Below are positions 12,369 through 24,190 of a DNA stretch of 56,547 nucleotides, one piece after another. The position numbers and the translations under genes are program-made. The notes under the pieces were generated by a model. It searched no databases. It was not told the DNA's origin and saw nothing but the letters and a program-made list of their open reading frames with translations. This stretch comes from Intoshia linei (Eukaryota; Animalia; Orthonectida): positions 1-56,547 of the forward strand of contig LWCA01000085.1 in assembly GCA_001642005.1 (NCBI GenBank), written 5' to 3'. How positions within the stretch are numbered: the first letter of the stretch is position 1; each line of letters begins with the position of its first letter.

Positions 12369-12859
12369 CTGTAACTTTATTTTAATTTCTGGTAAACTAT
12401 TAAATTGATGCAAAATTTTATTAGTTAGTTTCAAAAGCATTATTATTCTAGTTATGAAAATAAATTTTTTCTTGTAATATTTTATTATTTTAATGTTTAA
12501 TCTTATTTATTTGTTGGTCTTAATTATTTGGTGCATACTTGCACCGCTATAAAATACTGCACCCTAAAATAATATTAATAAAAGTAAATTAAACGTATAT
12601 AAATCGCTCCATATACCATATAAATAATACTATCGCTTTACATCTACCGCATTATTACAAAAATAAAGAATAGACTCAAAAATTGGAACAAACTTGTATT
12701 CGGTATTTGCCCATAATTGCTCCTACAAAATTTATAAACTACATATCAAAAATAAATATTGATTCATTGAAACGTTATGAAATTAATATTAGTAATGTAA
12801 TAAACATATTATGTCAGTAAGTATTTTATACAGTCTTATTCTATTCTTTATATCTATAG

Positions 12860-13064
12860 ATAGACTTTTGATTATCAAAAATAAGGACAATTGGAGTTTT
12901 TGACCCGTAAGATGTCAGTTTTGGAGGTTGAAATTATCTTATTATGTCCCGAAAAAAAACTGTAATTGAAATGTGGACTTTATAAAACTCTAAGATTGGT
13001 ATTTATTGAAATAAAGTGAAACACACACAAACAAACAAATATTGCGTAGCATATTATATAAGGA
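12860..13064 (-). mobile_element. Helitron-like repeat, subfamily B 5' fragment
   Basis: GACCCGTAAGATGT...CTGTAATTGAAATGTGGAC...ACACACACAAACAAAC...TATATAAGGA|T, an A|TC 5' end on the minus strand. Confidence 0.65.
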
Positions 13065-13089
13065 TAGTATTTTATTTATTTATTTTACA

Positions 13090-13831
13090 CAGTCCAACAA
13101 AATATCAACTTTTTTGAATGCAAGTAATATTTAGTGCATCTGGAAGAGATTTTTATTCTGAAAAAATAATATACTCAGTTTTTCTGCGTCACGTCCAGAT
13201 TCTTTTTTAAAATACGCCTATAGTTCGAAAAAGTGTCTAAAATGGGCAAATTGGAAGGTCAATAGAAATATTAAATAAAGCTATCGGCCCGATTAGCCAA
13301 TTATAGAAATATTTAATTTATACAAAATAATATTTGGGCAATAGAAAGGCGTATAATGTATATATTTCATGGACAAGGCTTAGAATGTGTAAAATTTTCA
13401 TTTAATTTCTAAAAAAACGACCTTTAAAGTCTGTTGAAAAAATTCCTAAATAACACCCCTTAAGGTTCGGTTTAAAAAAATTTTTTAAAACCCAAAATTA
13501 AAATATATAAATGAAAAATTTACACATTCTACAATTTATCAATGAAATGCAGTGTGCATTTGAATCAATGTGTACATTGCACACATTCTATACGACATAT
13601 ATACTTTACAATTTTTAAATACACATGTATACTTCAATTGTACTTTAATTTGTAACAACTATTCTTTCAATTGAAATGCGGGTTATATTTTTATAAATAT
13701 TTTGGCAGTTGTTATTTTGTATTTAAAATGAAATTAATGAATAAATAAATGAAAATTATATGATTGAAAAATATTGATCAGCTCTCCGTTCTGATCCGAT
13801 TCGTCATCCTTGCATTTTTTGTGTTGGACTG
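13090..13831. mobile_element. TIR element of unassigned superfamily with internal foldback module
   Basis: Ends CAGTCCAACA and TGTTGGACTG. The internal TAGAATGTGTAAAA...TTTACACATTCTA inverted pair is shared with the 49182-49849 MITE. Confidence 0.5.
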
Positions 13832-14296
13832 TTATTATGCATATTATAATTTTATATTTGTATTGTTTTTAATCTTTGCACATTTTCGAATATCAATGTT
13901 TTTTTATTAAAAATACAAAAGACAAAGTTTTGTCGTATTTTTTTAGAATTTTCAAAAAATCTATCCCATAAAAAATAAATTTACAAACAATAAGAAAAAA
14001 ATAAATCACATTTAAATTATTAATTATGTGTAACAAATTAACCCAAAAATGCACGCATGTTCATTTGTATTTCTAGTTTCTGTTTATAAATGCAACAGAA
14101 ACTACCATATTCTTGATTGAAAAATGTTAGTATGAATAAGTAATTTTATATGGTAAAAGAAACATTGCGGATTGTTGAAGATCTAGAGCAGCCTTGACAA
14201 AAATTAAATCAGTTTATTCCCGAGTAAAATTTCAAAAGAAAATTATAAAATGATATAAAATCAACAGAATAATTTTTACTAACACATTACTATGAC

Positions 14297-17200
14297 TTAA
14301 CTATGATCAGAAAAACGTTTCTTGCGTACTAAATTTAAAATTAAATTATATAAATATAAAGGCAAATACTATTATCCACATTTTTTGATATTTGAGTGTT
14401 TATTTTGTTGCGTATATTTACATTTCGTATATCGATCCCAAATTTGAGAATTTTATTATTATCTTTAATTATATCGTAAACTTTGTTTTCATTACCATAT
14501 CCTATTGCATCGTTCATCTAACATAATTTGATGAAATTATTTACTACATTATATGGGATTTAATGGCATAAACTTAAATAGAGTAATTGAAATGTATACA
14601 TTTTCATAATAATATATGGGAAAAATATGCTAATTTTAAAAACTTTGAGCACGTATAGACCGCTAAGAGTTAGTAGTAAGCCCGAAACAGAGGACTCCTT
14701 GTGATTGTAGGCCCGGTCCATGTGGCCCTCTTCACTGTCCTGCGTTTATGTACAAAATTGAATATTTTACATGTAGATCTTCATGTAGATTAGAGTTTCC
14801 CAACCTGGCCGATTAAATATTTGGTGGGTTATTCACCCATATGTCTTTACTGGAAATGTGTAGACGTATAATCCACATTTTTTTTAAAATTGTACGATCA
14901 ATGTTTACATTTTTGATTTTAATCGAAATATTTGAAAAATATTGGTTGATAATATATTAAAAGTATTTTTCACCCGGGAATGCTTAGGTTCTGGGGTTGA
15001 AATTTTGTATTTATATCAACTGGAATAAGCTCTATCAGAATAATCCTTTTTTTTAATTTTCGGACCGTTAATTATTTCATATTTTTTGTTTTAATAAAAT
15101 ATTTCGGAAAAAATATATTAATACTAAAATGCTTTTTTGACCGTGAAGTCGTCACTTATTCGGATTGAAATTTTTTATGTGTGTTAACATGATACAACTC
15201 TACCACCTGTAAAATTTTTGAAATTCTAGGGCTGTTTTCAAAAAAAAGGAAGAGTAATTTGTGGTTTTGGCCCTGAAGATAGAATTTTTTTAAATTTAAA
15301 TTTATGATAATGTTTATGATTTTAAAATCCGCATCAGCGTATATATTTTTTTAAATTCTTCAACTCGTTTAATTGTCAAAAGGAGGGACAACAGGGGTTT
15401 TTGACCCTTAAGATGTGAAATTGGAAGGTTGAAATTGATCTTATTATTATCTTATTATGCGTCCCGGAAAAACTGTAATTGAAATGTGGTCTTTAAAAAA
15501 TTCTAAGAGTGCTAGTTAATTTGAAAAAGTAACACACACAAATAAAAATCGCGTCGCATTTTATATAAGTTAGAATAGGATTATTGCAAACCATTAAGTG
15601 AACTATTTTGGGTAACTAATATTTAGTATAGATATATAATTATATATGGTGAATCTAATAAAACTATAAAAATTTCAATTATAAAATTATGTTTAAAGAA
15701 AAGGCAAAATTTACTCTAATCATAAGGCTTTTAAAAAATTTCTGGGATATATTTTTATAATGCAATCTACACGAGAAGACGAAAATATAATCCCATGACT
15801 CAAAATTATTGATCATCCAGATTATTTTTAAATTAAGTTTTAATAACTAACAAATAGACTAAAATTTGAAATCCACAGTAAAGAATAATCATAACGCATG
15901 TTAAACATTTTTTCAAATTTAACTAGAAATGGTTCACATTTGATAGAGTAAGATTTTTATGATTTTATTAGACGTAAGCCACAAATTAGACAATAATTAT
16001 TTGATTTTATACAATTATGGTAATTAATTTAAAAGTGAATCAACTTTATATATTATATAAACTAATTAGTTTAGTTGTATGTAACAACAGAAATGACAGT
16101 TATTAATATTAATATTTAAATATTAATTAATCGTTTAACCACAAAATAAATTTTTAAAATTTTTTAAGGAATGTAAAAATTATAATTCATATTTACATAT
16201 TATCTTATTTTTAAGTGGAAATGTTTTTCAGTCTTGTTCAGTTTTATCAAAAAACAGAAAATTTTTAATTATATACAAAAGGGGAGACCTTACATTATTT
16301 TTAACTATAATTTAACAAGATATAAATTATTAATATCTAAAAAGCAATGTCAAGGTCCACGTTAAATTTTAATTACAAAAAATGTCCTTATTTATTAAAA
16401 ATTTTGATTTTTTAAAAAGATTATTCTACAAGTGGGCAATAAAAAATTATATCACCATAAAAATACAAAAAGTGGGCGATGCATGAAAAAAGGTTTAGAA
16501 GCCCTGATGTAGATCAAAGATCTCCAACCTTTTAAATCGTGGGACACTTTTTTATATCAAAAAATTCTACGGGTCCATTTTTGAAAATGTAGAAATTGTT
16601 TAAAATTTATTTATATACATAAATATTACCAATACACAAATTACTTTATTATGATAATTTATATATTTATTCAAAGGGTCACCAAAATTATTTTGTGGGC
16701 CACATGTTGTCAATCTTGGTGTAGATTTATGATATATACATTTTCCGTATACAAAAATCGCATAAAATTACACTAAAATCCATAAACATCATTGGCATTG
16801 TTAATAACTAAAATTTACCTGGTTGGATATTTTGATAGTTGATATTGACTTCAGGGTATTGATTGAATTAAGTAATAACAAAACACCTCTACCAGTTAGA
16901 AGATTTGAATCAACATTCAAGTGCTCTAGTTTTACACATTCTATGATGCTGCAAAGTCTCTATAAGAAAATAATAAGTAATGTAACATAACAAGGGTGGC
17001 CAAGTGGTCATCTAAAAAAAGTTAAATACACTGTTTATATCTTCAAAAACAAGAGATGCACTACATATATATTTTTTATCGCCGTTTATCGGATATTCAC
17101 AATCAAAAAAAATTTATCAAAAACTTTTTGATGAGTTAAAAAAAATTACAAAATGTAATGACTCATTATAATTTATATATAATTAATTTATGTAATAATT

Positions 17201-20200
17201 TATCACATTGAAAATGACAAAATATGTTTTTATAATGTTATTTTTTCTGGAATTTATGACAATTTTTATGATTGGACTGTTTTTACTTTATTTTTAATAT
17301 TATACACACATTCTGTCTAATAAAATTAAAAAGTTTTAACTTTATTTTTAATATTATACACACATTCTGTCTAATAAATTAAAAAAATGGGATAATAATT
17401 GTTTATAAAATTCTTTACGCAAATTTTAACAAAACAAAATTAAGATGATAATAATTCACTTTAAAGTAGAAAGTAATGTGATATGACGGTTCCACCTTAA
17501 AAAAATTTGGGAACCACTTTTTAAAACATTGATAATAGTAAATAGTAGGATTTTTAAGTTAGATTTTCAACGTGAATTTATTTTTTTGGTAGAATAAAAA
17601 TTGCCTTCAGCAGAGCTAGGTGATGTTTGTACGTAGTACATTTCTTCTATATATTACCGAAAACAGTACAAATCTATTAAAAGAGACGCAGTTTGGCCTT
17701 TAATATAATATCATATAATTCAGGTATATATACATTTTTATTAGAACCTAGTAATTTTAAATACCTTAGCTAATGTATCAGTCAAACAACAATTGGATAA
17801 ATCTAACTGTTTTACAGATTTGTTTGAGCAGATTGCATCAACAAGTTGTTCAAATTCAAAATGGGTGAAATTCTAAAATAAATGATAAACTATAATATAA
17901 TCTCATAAAAAAAATACAATATTATTAGCATTTATATTTGAAATTTCATTGCCACTGCACAGTTTTTCTAAAGTCTCGTCAAGATTAAAAGGATTCATTT
18001 CATTTAATTGGGATGGTTTGAGTTCTGTTGATTTTACAACACCTACAAACATTATTAATACATAAATATTTATATGAGTTTTTTCCAAATGAAAAAACTA
18101 ACTTCAATTTTTTTTTACTCATTTTGAACTGACTTGGGTAATCAATGAATACTATTCATTTTCAAGTTACATTTTGAGAAAATTAGTGGGATAAAGGTAT
18201 ATCAAGGACATTTAAAAAAATCATTATTTACAGTAATGATTTGTGATGTTGATGAGTAATCAATTTTATAGTTCTTTGATGATTATAATCAATTATAATT
18301 TGTAATTCTATTATAATTAATTAGTTTATAATTCCATACAAAGAAATTTTACTACTACGGTGTTTACTCGTTTATCGCATAAACCAGTCATTCTCAAAGA
18401 GGTCCACAGGAGTTTTTGGGGGTCCATGGAAAATTTTAGAAAATTAAGAATTACAACAATAAAATAATTTTATATAAAATTTACTTGATAAAGGGGTTTC
18501 ATCGCACATAGCAGAAATTTCTGTTGTTTTTAGATAATACTGTTCTTGTGTTAAAAGTTCTGGGCAGTTAAGTATATCTAAAATTAATAGAAAAATAGAA
18601 AATTAAATACTAGCAAGTTCTAATATATCTTTTTCTGTGGCATGATTAAGAGCGTTATTCCATTCGCTATTAGTTTCTACAATGTTTCGATCCAATTTTT
18701 TTTCTTTCGAGTAAAAATTTTGTTCTAAATAATTTACATAATTAACGATCCATTCACAATTTTTTGAAAATTATCTATCAAATAATTAATTCTCTGGTGT
18801 GAACACCATAGAATATTTTTAATTTTTTTGTAATATGGTTTGTAAGTAAAAAATTAATCTCAATATTTCAGTTTTAACTTGGGTCTGTAATGGATGAATT
18901 TTTATGAAACAATATTAATAATTCAAAGTTAATTCTTTAGTTTTAACTTGAGTATATAGGCATCATTATTCAATTTATAATATAATCAGCTGTAAAAAAA
19001 TAAAAAAATTTTCTGATGAACAAACAATGAATAAATCGATTGTAAACGTAAATAATTTATACTAAAAAACACAATTCAATTAATTTTTTTAATTTGATTA
19101 GAAACAACTCTAGTTACAATGTCATCATCTAATTCTAACTGCACTTAATATGCATTCGTAGTGATACGAATAATTTTTCATTTGAATATGGCAGCTCGAA
19201 AGGTTGTAACCATGCTTGATCGATAATATATTTAAACTTTATTAATATTTATTTATTTATAATAAAGTTTATTTATATTTTGTAATTCTAAATTAAATCT
19301 ATTTGAACTGAACTTTAAATTATCGTACCGCTTTTGGGGATGTTCCGTCATTGGTATACGAAAATAATTAATGATAATATTTACTTCACAATTTCCAGAT
19401 GTTTGGAATTAATCCCAAAGTCTATACGACGTACGTTACTATTTCAAAAACCCCACTTTTATTCCACCATTTAAAATTAAAATTTAATAAACTTTACATT
19501 ACCATAAGACTTATGGCATAAGTGTTAATAAAACATTTTTTTAAAAAATTCGCTTAACCACAATATAAAAAATCCAATTTTACCAACCCTTAAGGAAAAT
19601 ACCTTTTTTCCAATATTATTTTGAAAAACGATTTTACCAAATGTTATAAAAAAAACCATTAATCTTTTCATAAATGTTTTGATATTACAAAAAAAATAAA
19701 TATTTTTGAAATGGGGGTAAAAAGGTCCGTAAACTATTTGAATCGGGAACCACTGATATATAATTAAAAATTTTTGAAATCAGTTAGCTTTTTCCATATC
19801 ATCTAAAAAATAAATGACACCACCTTTTATAAATATTTTGATATTTATATCAAGACAGAGAGGGTTCATGATGAAAACTTTGGCGGCCCCTAACCAACAG
19901 ATTAAAACTCAATTTCAACAAAATCACCATTACTGTTTAATTTTTCTTTTGGTATAAATTCCACCTCAAATTTCCAGTTGTCCTCTTTAAGAGCAGTTTC
20001 TTTCATATAATTGCGTAATTTAAGAATATCAAAATTTTCGGATGGTTCCTTATCAGTATAGTATGTTGTCCTCTCACTAGCTTCCAATGCATTCTAATAT
20101 GGATAATTATAATCTTTTCTATTAAAATTTCCAAAATTATATACATTGTATTCCATCAACTCTACATTCAATTTTTTGGCTGAATCTTCGTCCAATTGAT

Positions 20201-20249
20201 CAATTAATTGATCCAAATCCTCATTTTTAATAGTGGCGATAGTTTCCAT
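14297..20249 (-). CDS. tmod: Tropomodulin
   Basis: Spliced: EDLDQLIDQLDEDSAKKL...LEASERTTYYTDKEPSENFD...EWNNALNHATEKDILELA...NPFNLDETLEKL...INANNI...HLNVDSNLLTGRGV...ISNQ...IGYGNENKV...KILKFG...IRKKRFSDHS*. This is colinear with the tropomodulin N-terminal and LRR domains, and intron phases are consistent. An extra upstream exon (~20449-20497) is possible. Confidence 0.9.
14830..15575 (-). mobile_element. Helitron-like repeat, subfamily B copy (tropomodulin intron)
   Basis: Reverse complement of much of 52546-53280. Subunit motifs near 15134, 15264 and 15397. Confidence 0.7.
16515..16718. mobile_element. Decayed hAT (Charlie-like) MITE
   Basis: Ends CAAAGATCTCCAAC and GTTGTCAATCTTG. TSD ATGTAGAT/GTGTAGAT. 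Abuts the right end (...TTTAGAAGCCCTG, 16506) of another hAT relic. Confidence 0.6.
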
Positions 20250-21157
20250 TAAATGCAACTGATTCTAATTGCGAAAATTTGAAATATGGATAATGCACAA
20301 TACATGCAAATTTGTTAAAAGTTAATTGGTATTTGAACAAACAGTCATTATTTAAATATTTATCTAAATGAATACATTTTCAGAAATAAAGAAATTTTTG
20401 CAAATGGTTAAAAGATATAAACTAGATTACACAGCATAGTTATAGTTACCTCAATTTTATTCCAGACTTTCTGATCGTCCTTCCGATTGTAATGTAATCT
20501 AGCTAGTACATAATAAAATGTATACAATGTAGTAAAATAATAACATTTCTGCAGTAAATGGTTGATTAAGACTATGTTATGATTTACAAATCATTCCGCT
20601 CTGTAATTATACGGTCAGTAATATTTATCGATTTATATATTCAGTCATTGTATACTAGATGTCACATTTTTTTGGAATTTTGATAAATTAGCATTAAATG
20701 TTTTAAAAAAGATTGGAAAAAGGGATTTCTTTTTTTGTGATTTGATTAAGACTTTTTGAGTGGATTTTTAAAAAAAGTATCGGTAAAAGTCCATTTTTCC
20801 CTAGGGCTGGAAATGGTATTTTTTATTAAATTTTATTAATGGTGGGATAAAAGTGGGATTTTTGAAATAATAATGTAGCGGTTGTCTATACTTTGGGAAA
20901 ATCAACATCTAGAAACTATGTAGTAAATATTAAAAATTCTCCTATAAAAATAAACAAAATTTATCAAAAATTTTTCTATATTTTATTTGAATCTCACGGA
21001 CTCAATTTTTTTTCAGGACCATTTATTCCGTTTACTAGAAATTAGCCTGTATGTAAATTTTAAGTGAATTTAAATCTGATCAAATACAGTTTCTATATTC
21101 AATGAACATTGTTCATTGTTACCATTTATTGATGTTGTTATTGATTATGTTCGATAT

Positions 21158-21270
21158 TATTAGGTGGTTCCGTAAGTAATGTCGTTTTTTTAAAAAAATT
21201 AAAAAATTTATTTGATGTAATCAAATATTCACCATTGCTTTCCAGTCTTTGCCAACGTTTCGGTAGAAGA
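21158..21270 (-). mobile_element. Mariner 3' end relic (TIR plus transposase C-terminus)
   Basis: TATTAGGTGGTTCCGTAAGTAAT is a mariner-like TIR. The minus strand encodes LPKRWQRLESNGEYL, like the mariner transposase end LPERW...NGEYF. Confidence 0.7.
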
Positions 21271-21555
21271 GTTAAGTGAGAGAGATGGTGACGAGGTAGT
21301 AAATTTACATTTATTTTTGATTAATTTTGGTAATTAAAAATGGTAACGGTAATTAGCTGCAACTATTATTATTATTTTTTGGTGTATTATTTTTAAGTTT
21401 TTGATGAATTAGCAATTCTGTAATAGACAATGCAATTTGCAAGTGTCATTAGAAATAAACTAAGATACAAAAATGCCACGATTCAAATTAATAAACAAAG
21501 TTGGAATTTCTATTTTCAGATGTATATTGAGAAATAATCTAACCTTATTGAAATA

Positions 21556-22857
21556 ATGATTTTTTGGATATATTTAATTGGATTATGTACAACTCTTTCA
21601 AGTTTAAAATCAGAATTAAGCGTCGAAAATGCAAATTTGTATCCTGAAACGTTATTGATATACGAAAAGGAAACAATATTTGAAACTCACATTAATTTTC
21701 TCAGAATACTGGAGAAAAACAGCAATGTCAAATATTCAAAGCCTATCGCTAGTTTAAATATAAAAAAGTATGGCGAGTATATATACGATAATATTGTAAT
21801 AATGATTTCAAAATCGCGTACAATCGGAGGACTAGCAATTGATGCTTTAACTGATTACGTCAATGAAGGAAAAAATTTGATAATTATATTGGAAAGAGAC
21901 AATTCAGAAGTAATTAAAAAACTAGTACAAAAATTTGGTTTCAAAGTAGCTACAAATGGAATTTCCAGCTTTGCAGATAATTTTAATAACAATGGAGGTA
22001 AAAATTACAAGATTGTTAAAGTTGCAGCGACAAATTTGGCTAGACTTTCTTCTGTTTATGATAATATGAATATAAAAGATAAGAATATTATGTACGATGG
22101 TTGTGTTATCAAATGTCACGGTAATGATGATTTGATTTTTCCACTATTGAATGCACCGTATACTTCATATGTAAACCAAAAAGAAGGTCTTTCATCAAAC
22201 TACCCGCGGTCGATTGGTACATCGTCACTTATCGCAGCTTTACAAACCAGAAATAATGCTAGAGTAACTTTAATTGGTTCAAGTAACATGTTGAGTGATA
22301 AATTTAATATTTTGTCTCAACAAACAAATTTAAATGTTGCAAGAAATGTCATTTCTTGGGGTTTTAAACAAAAAGGTGTATTACAATTGGTCAATCCAAC
22401 ACATTACATTCAATCTAAAGACAAATCTCATCCTCAGTATACTATTTCTCAACCGATTTACTATTCTATTGATGCTTATCAATTTAATATTGAAAAGTCA
22501 CCAAAATGGGAACCTTTTATTACTAATCAGTTTCAACTGGAATTTATTAGAATCGATCCTTTCTATAGATTAAACCTTAATAGTTCTCAAACACATATTG
22601 GACGATATGAAGCGTCATTTCAACTTCCAGATGTTTTTGGTATTTTTAAATTTTCTGTTATTCACAATATTCCCGGATACACTTATGTTGATCAAATTGT
22701 TACAACGTCGATTGCTCCTTTACGACACGATCAAGCCGATAGATTTGTAATTGCTGCATATCCGTATTACATGAATGCATTTGTAGTTATGATAATGACT
22801 TGGATTTTAGTTATTGTAATTATGTCTTCTAAAAAGTTGAAAGTTAAAGTTCAATAA
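21556..22857 (+). CDS. DDOST: Oligosaccharyltransferase 48-kDa subunit (OST48/WBP1), single exon
   Basis: 433-aa ORF with a signal peptide, KYGEYIYDNI, ALQTRNNARV, QLEFIRIDPFYR, FQLPDVFGIFKF, PLRHDQADRFVIAAYPYY, a C-terminal TM helix and a KxKxx ER-retrieval end (KVKVQ). Confidence 0.96.
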   Translation: MIFWIYLIGLCTTLSSLKSELSVENANLYPETLLIYEKETIFETHINFLRILEKNSNVKYSKPIASLNIKKYGEYIYDNIVIMISKSRTIGGLAIDALTDYVNEGKNLIIILERDNSEVIKKLVQKFGFKVATNGISSFADNFNNNGGKNYKIVKVAATNLARLSSVYDNMNIKDKNIMYDGCVIKCHGNDDLIFPLLNAPYTSYVNQKEGLSSNYPRSIGTSSLIAALQTRNNARVTLIGSSNMLSDKFNILSQQTNLNVARNVISWGFKQKGVLQLVNPTHYIQSKDKSHPQYTISQPIYYSIDAYQFNIEKSPKWEPFITNQFQLEFIRIDPFYRLNLNSSQTHIGRYEASFQLPDVFGIFKFSVIHNIPGYTYVDQIVTTSIAPLRHDQADRFVIAAYPYYMNAFVVMIMTWILVIVIMSSKKLKVKVQ

Positions 22858-23607
22858 ATTTTTTCTTTTTTTTGTCAATTCTACATTTCGTTTATCTATT
22901 TTTTTCAGAACTGATATACAGTATAGTAAATTGATGTATTTTTCATCTAATTAGACTAAATTACATTTATTTTTGGTAAATTGACAATATTTACATTTCA
23001 TAAATATAAAATGGGTTCATTATAATTGAAAATATAATTCCTAGTTGATAATAGTTTTTGGGTTTGTAATACAAATTTTGTATCCATGGACTGCATTTTG
23101 AAACATGTTTTTATTACAATTTTTGAAGTTATCTTTAAATACAGTACATTCAAGGTTGAATTTTTTGTATATATCAGTGATTCCCAAACTTTTTACTGTT
23201 GCGGTCTACCCAATATGTAAAAAAATTTTTTAACATTTCAAATTTCAAACCTCCACTTTGGTTTGCTTTGACAGATTTGGTATTTTGAATATTTTTACCT
23301 CCATTCTTATTGCCAATTAGCTTGACAAGTTGAGAAATTTCATTAATTACACCTCCACCTCCATTTTGGTTTACTTCAAATTTAATATTTCTAATAATTT
23401 GGAGAGTTTAATAATTTTTAGCTTTTGCACCTCCGCTTCCATGTCTGTTTTTACCATCAGAATATTTTTTACTTTTCGTATTTCTACCTCCATTTTGTTT
23501 TTTTATCAGATTGAATATTTCGATCGTTTGCACCTCCGGAATAATTTTGACAAGGTTTTACTGGAATATTTGGCCAAAAATTGTGGACCCAAATGTTTAA
23601 ACATTAC

Positions 23608-24190
23608 TCCTTACTTGTATAAAAATGAATGTCTAGCCATTTATTGAAAAAATTGACAGTAGTCGAATTTTCCACAATACCCAGAGCGTGTTTTTATTTA
23701 TTTTCCAGTTTCAGAATTTAAGTCCTTCAGGGTCAAAAACCGAATTTCCTTTTTTGTTTAAAAACAAATCAGCTGAAAAATTTAGTAAAACACATTTTAA
23801 TACACTGGGACGCGTTTTAAAACCATAAACATTGTCGTTAATCTCAGCCTCAGAAATGCATACCTTCCCTTACTTTTGGCCAAAACCCAAAATTACCCTT
23901 TTCTGTGAAAATTAAAATTGTCCCAAAATTTTATAAAACAAATTCTGGGATAGTTTTTGAAAATCATCATCATTATCATAAATGAAAACCTCAAAAAAGA
24001 TAATTTTCACGATCAAAACCACAGATTACCCTTTTTATTTAGTTAAAACAGTCATAGAATTTAAAAAAACTTACAACACACACAAAAAATTTCAATCTGA
24101 CAAGCGACGTCTTCATGATAAAAAAAGATTAATCTGATACAGCATATTCCAGTTGATATAAATACAAAATTTCCCCAGAGATCTACACGA
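23608..24190 (+). mobile_element. Helitron-like repeat copy
   Basis: Starts TCCTTACTTGTATAA. Subunit motifs GTCAAAAACC, GGCCAAAACCC and GATCAAAACC at ~130-150 bp spacing. Confidence 0.6.

Noticed and set aside
12615-12820. Possible decayed LINE 3' end (LEQTCIRYLPII...ISKINIDSLKRY)
   Set aside because: Short, frameshifted and resting on weak recalled similarity. It needs a tBLASTx against Repbase.
14650-14745. GC-rich patch with hammerhead-like CTAAGAG...CGAAAC
   Set aside because: The core lacks the invariant CUGA and I could not form stems I and III.
17285-17388. ~54-bp local tandem duplication
   Set aside because: Real but ordinary intronic slippage duplication.
23177-23590. 105-aa ORF and recurring ACCTCC motifs
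   Set aside because: Lies in an hAT-like relic (CAGTGATTCCCAAAC end). The ORF is a low-complexity by-product.
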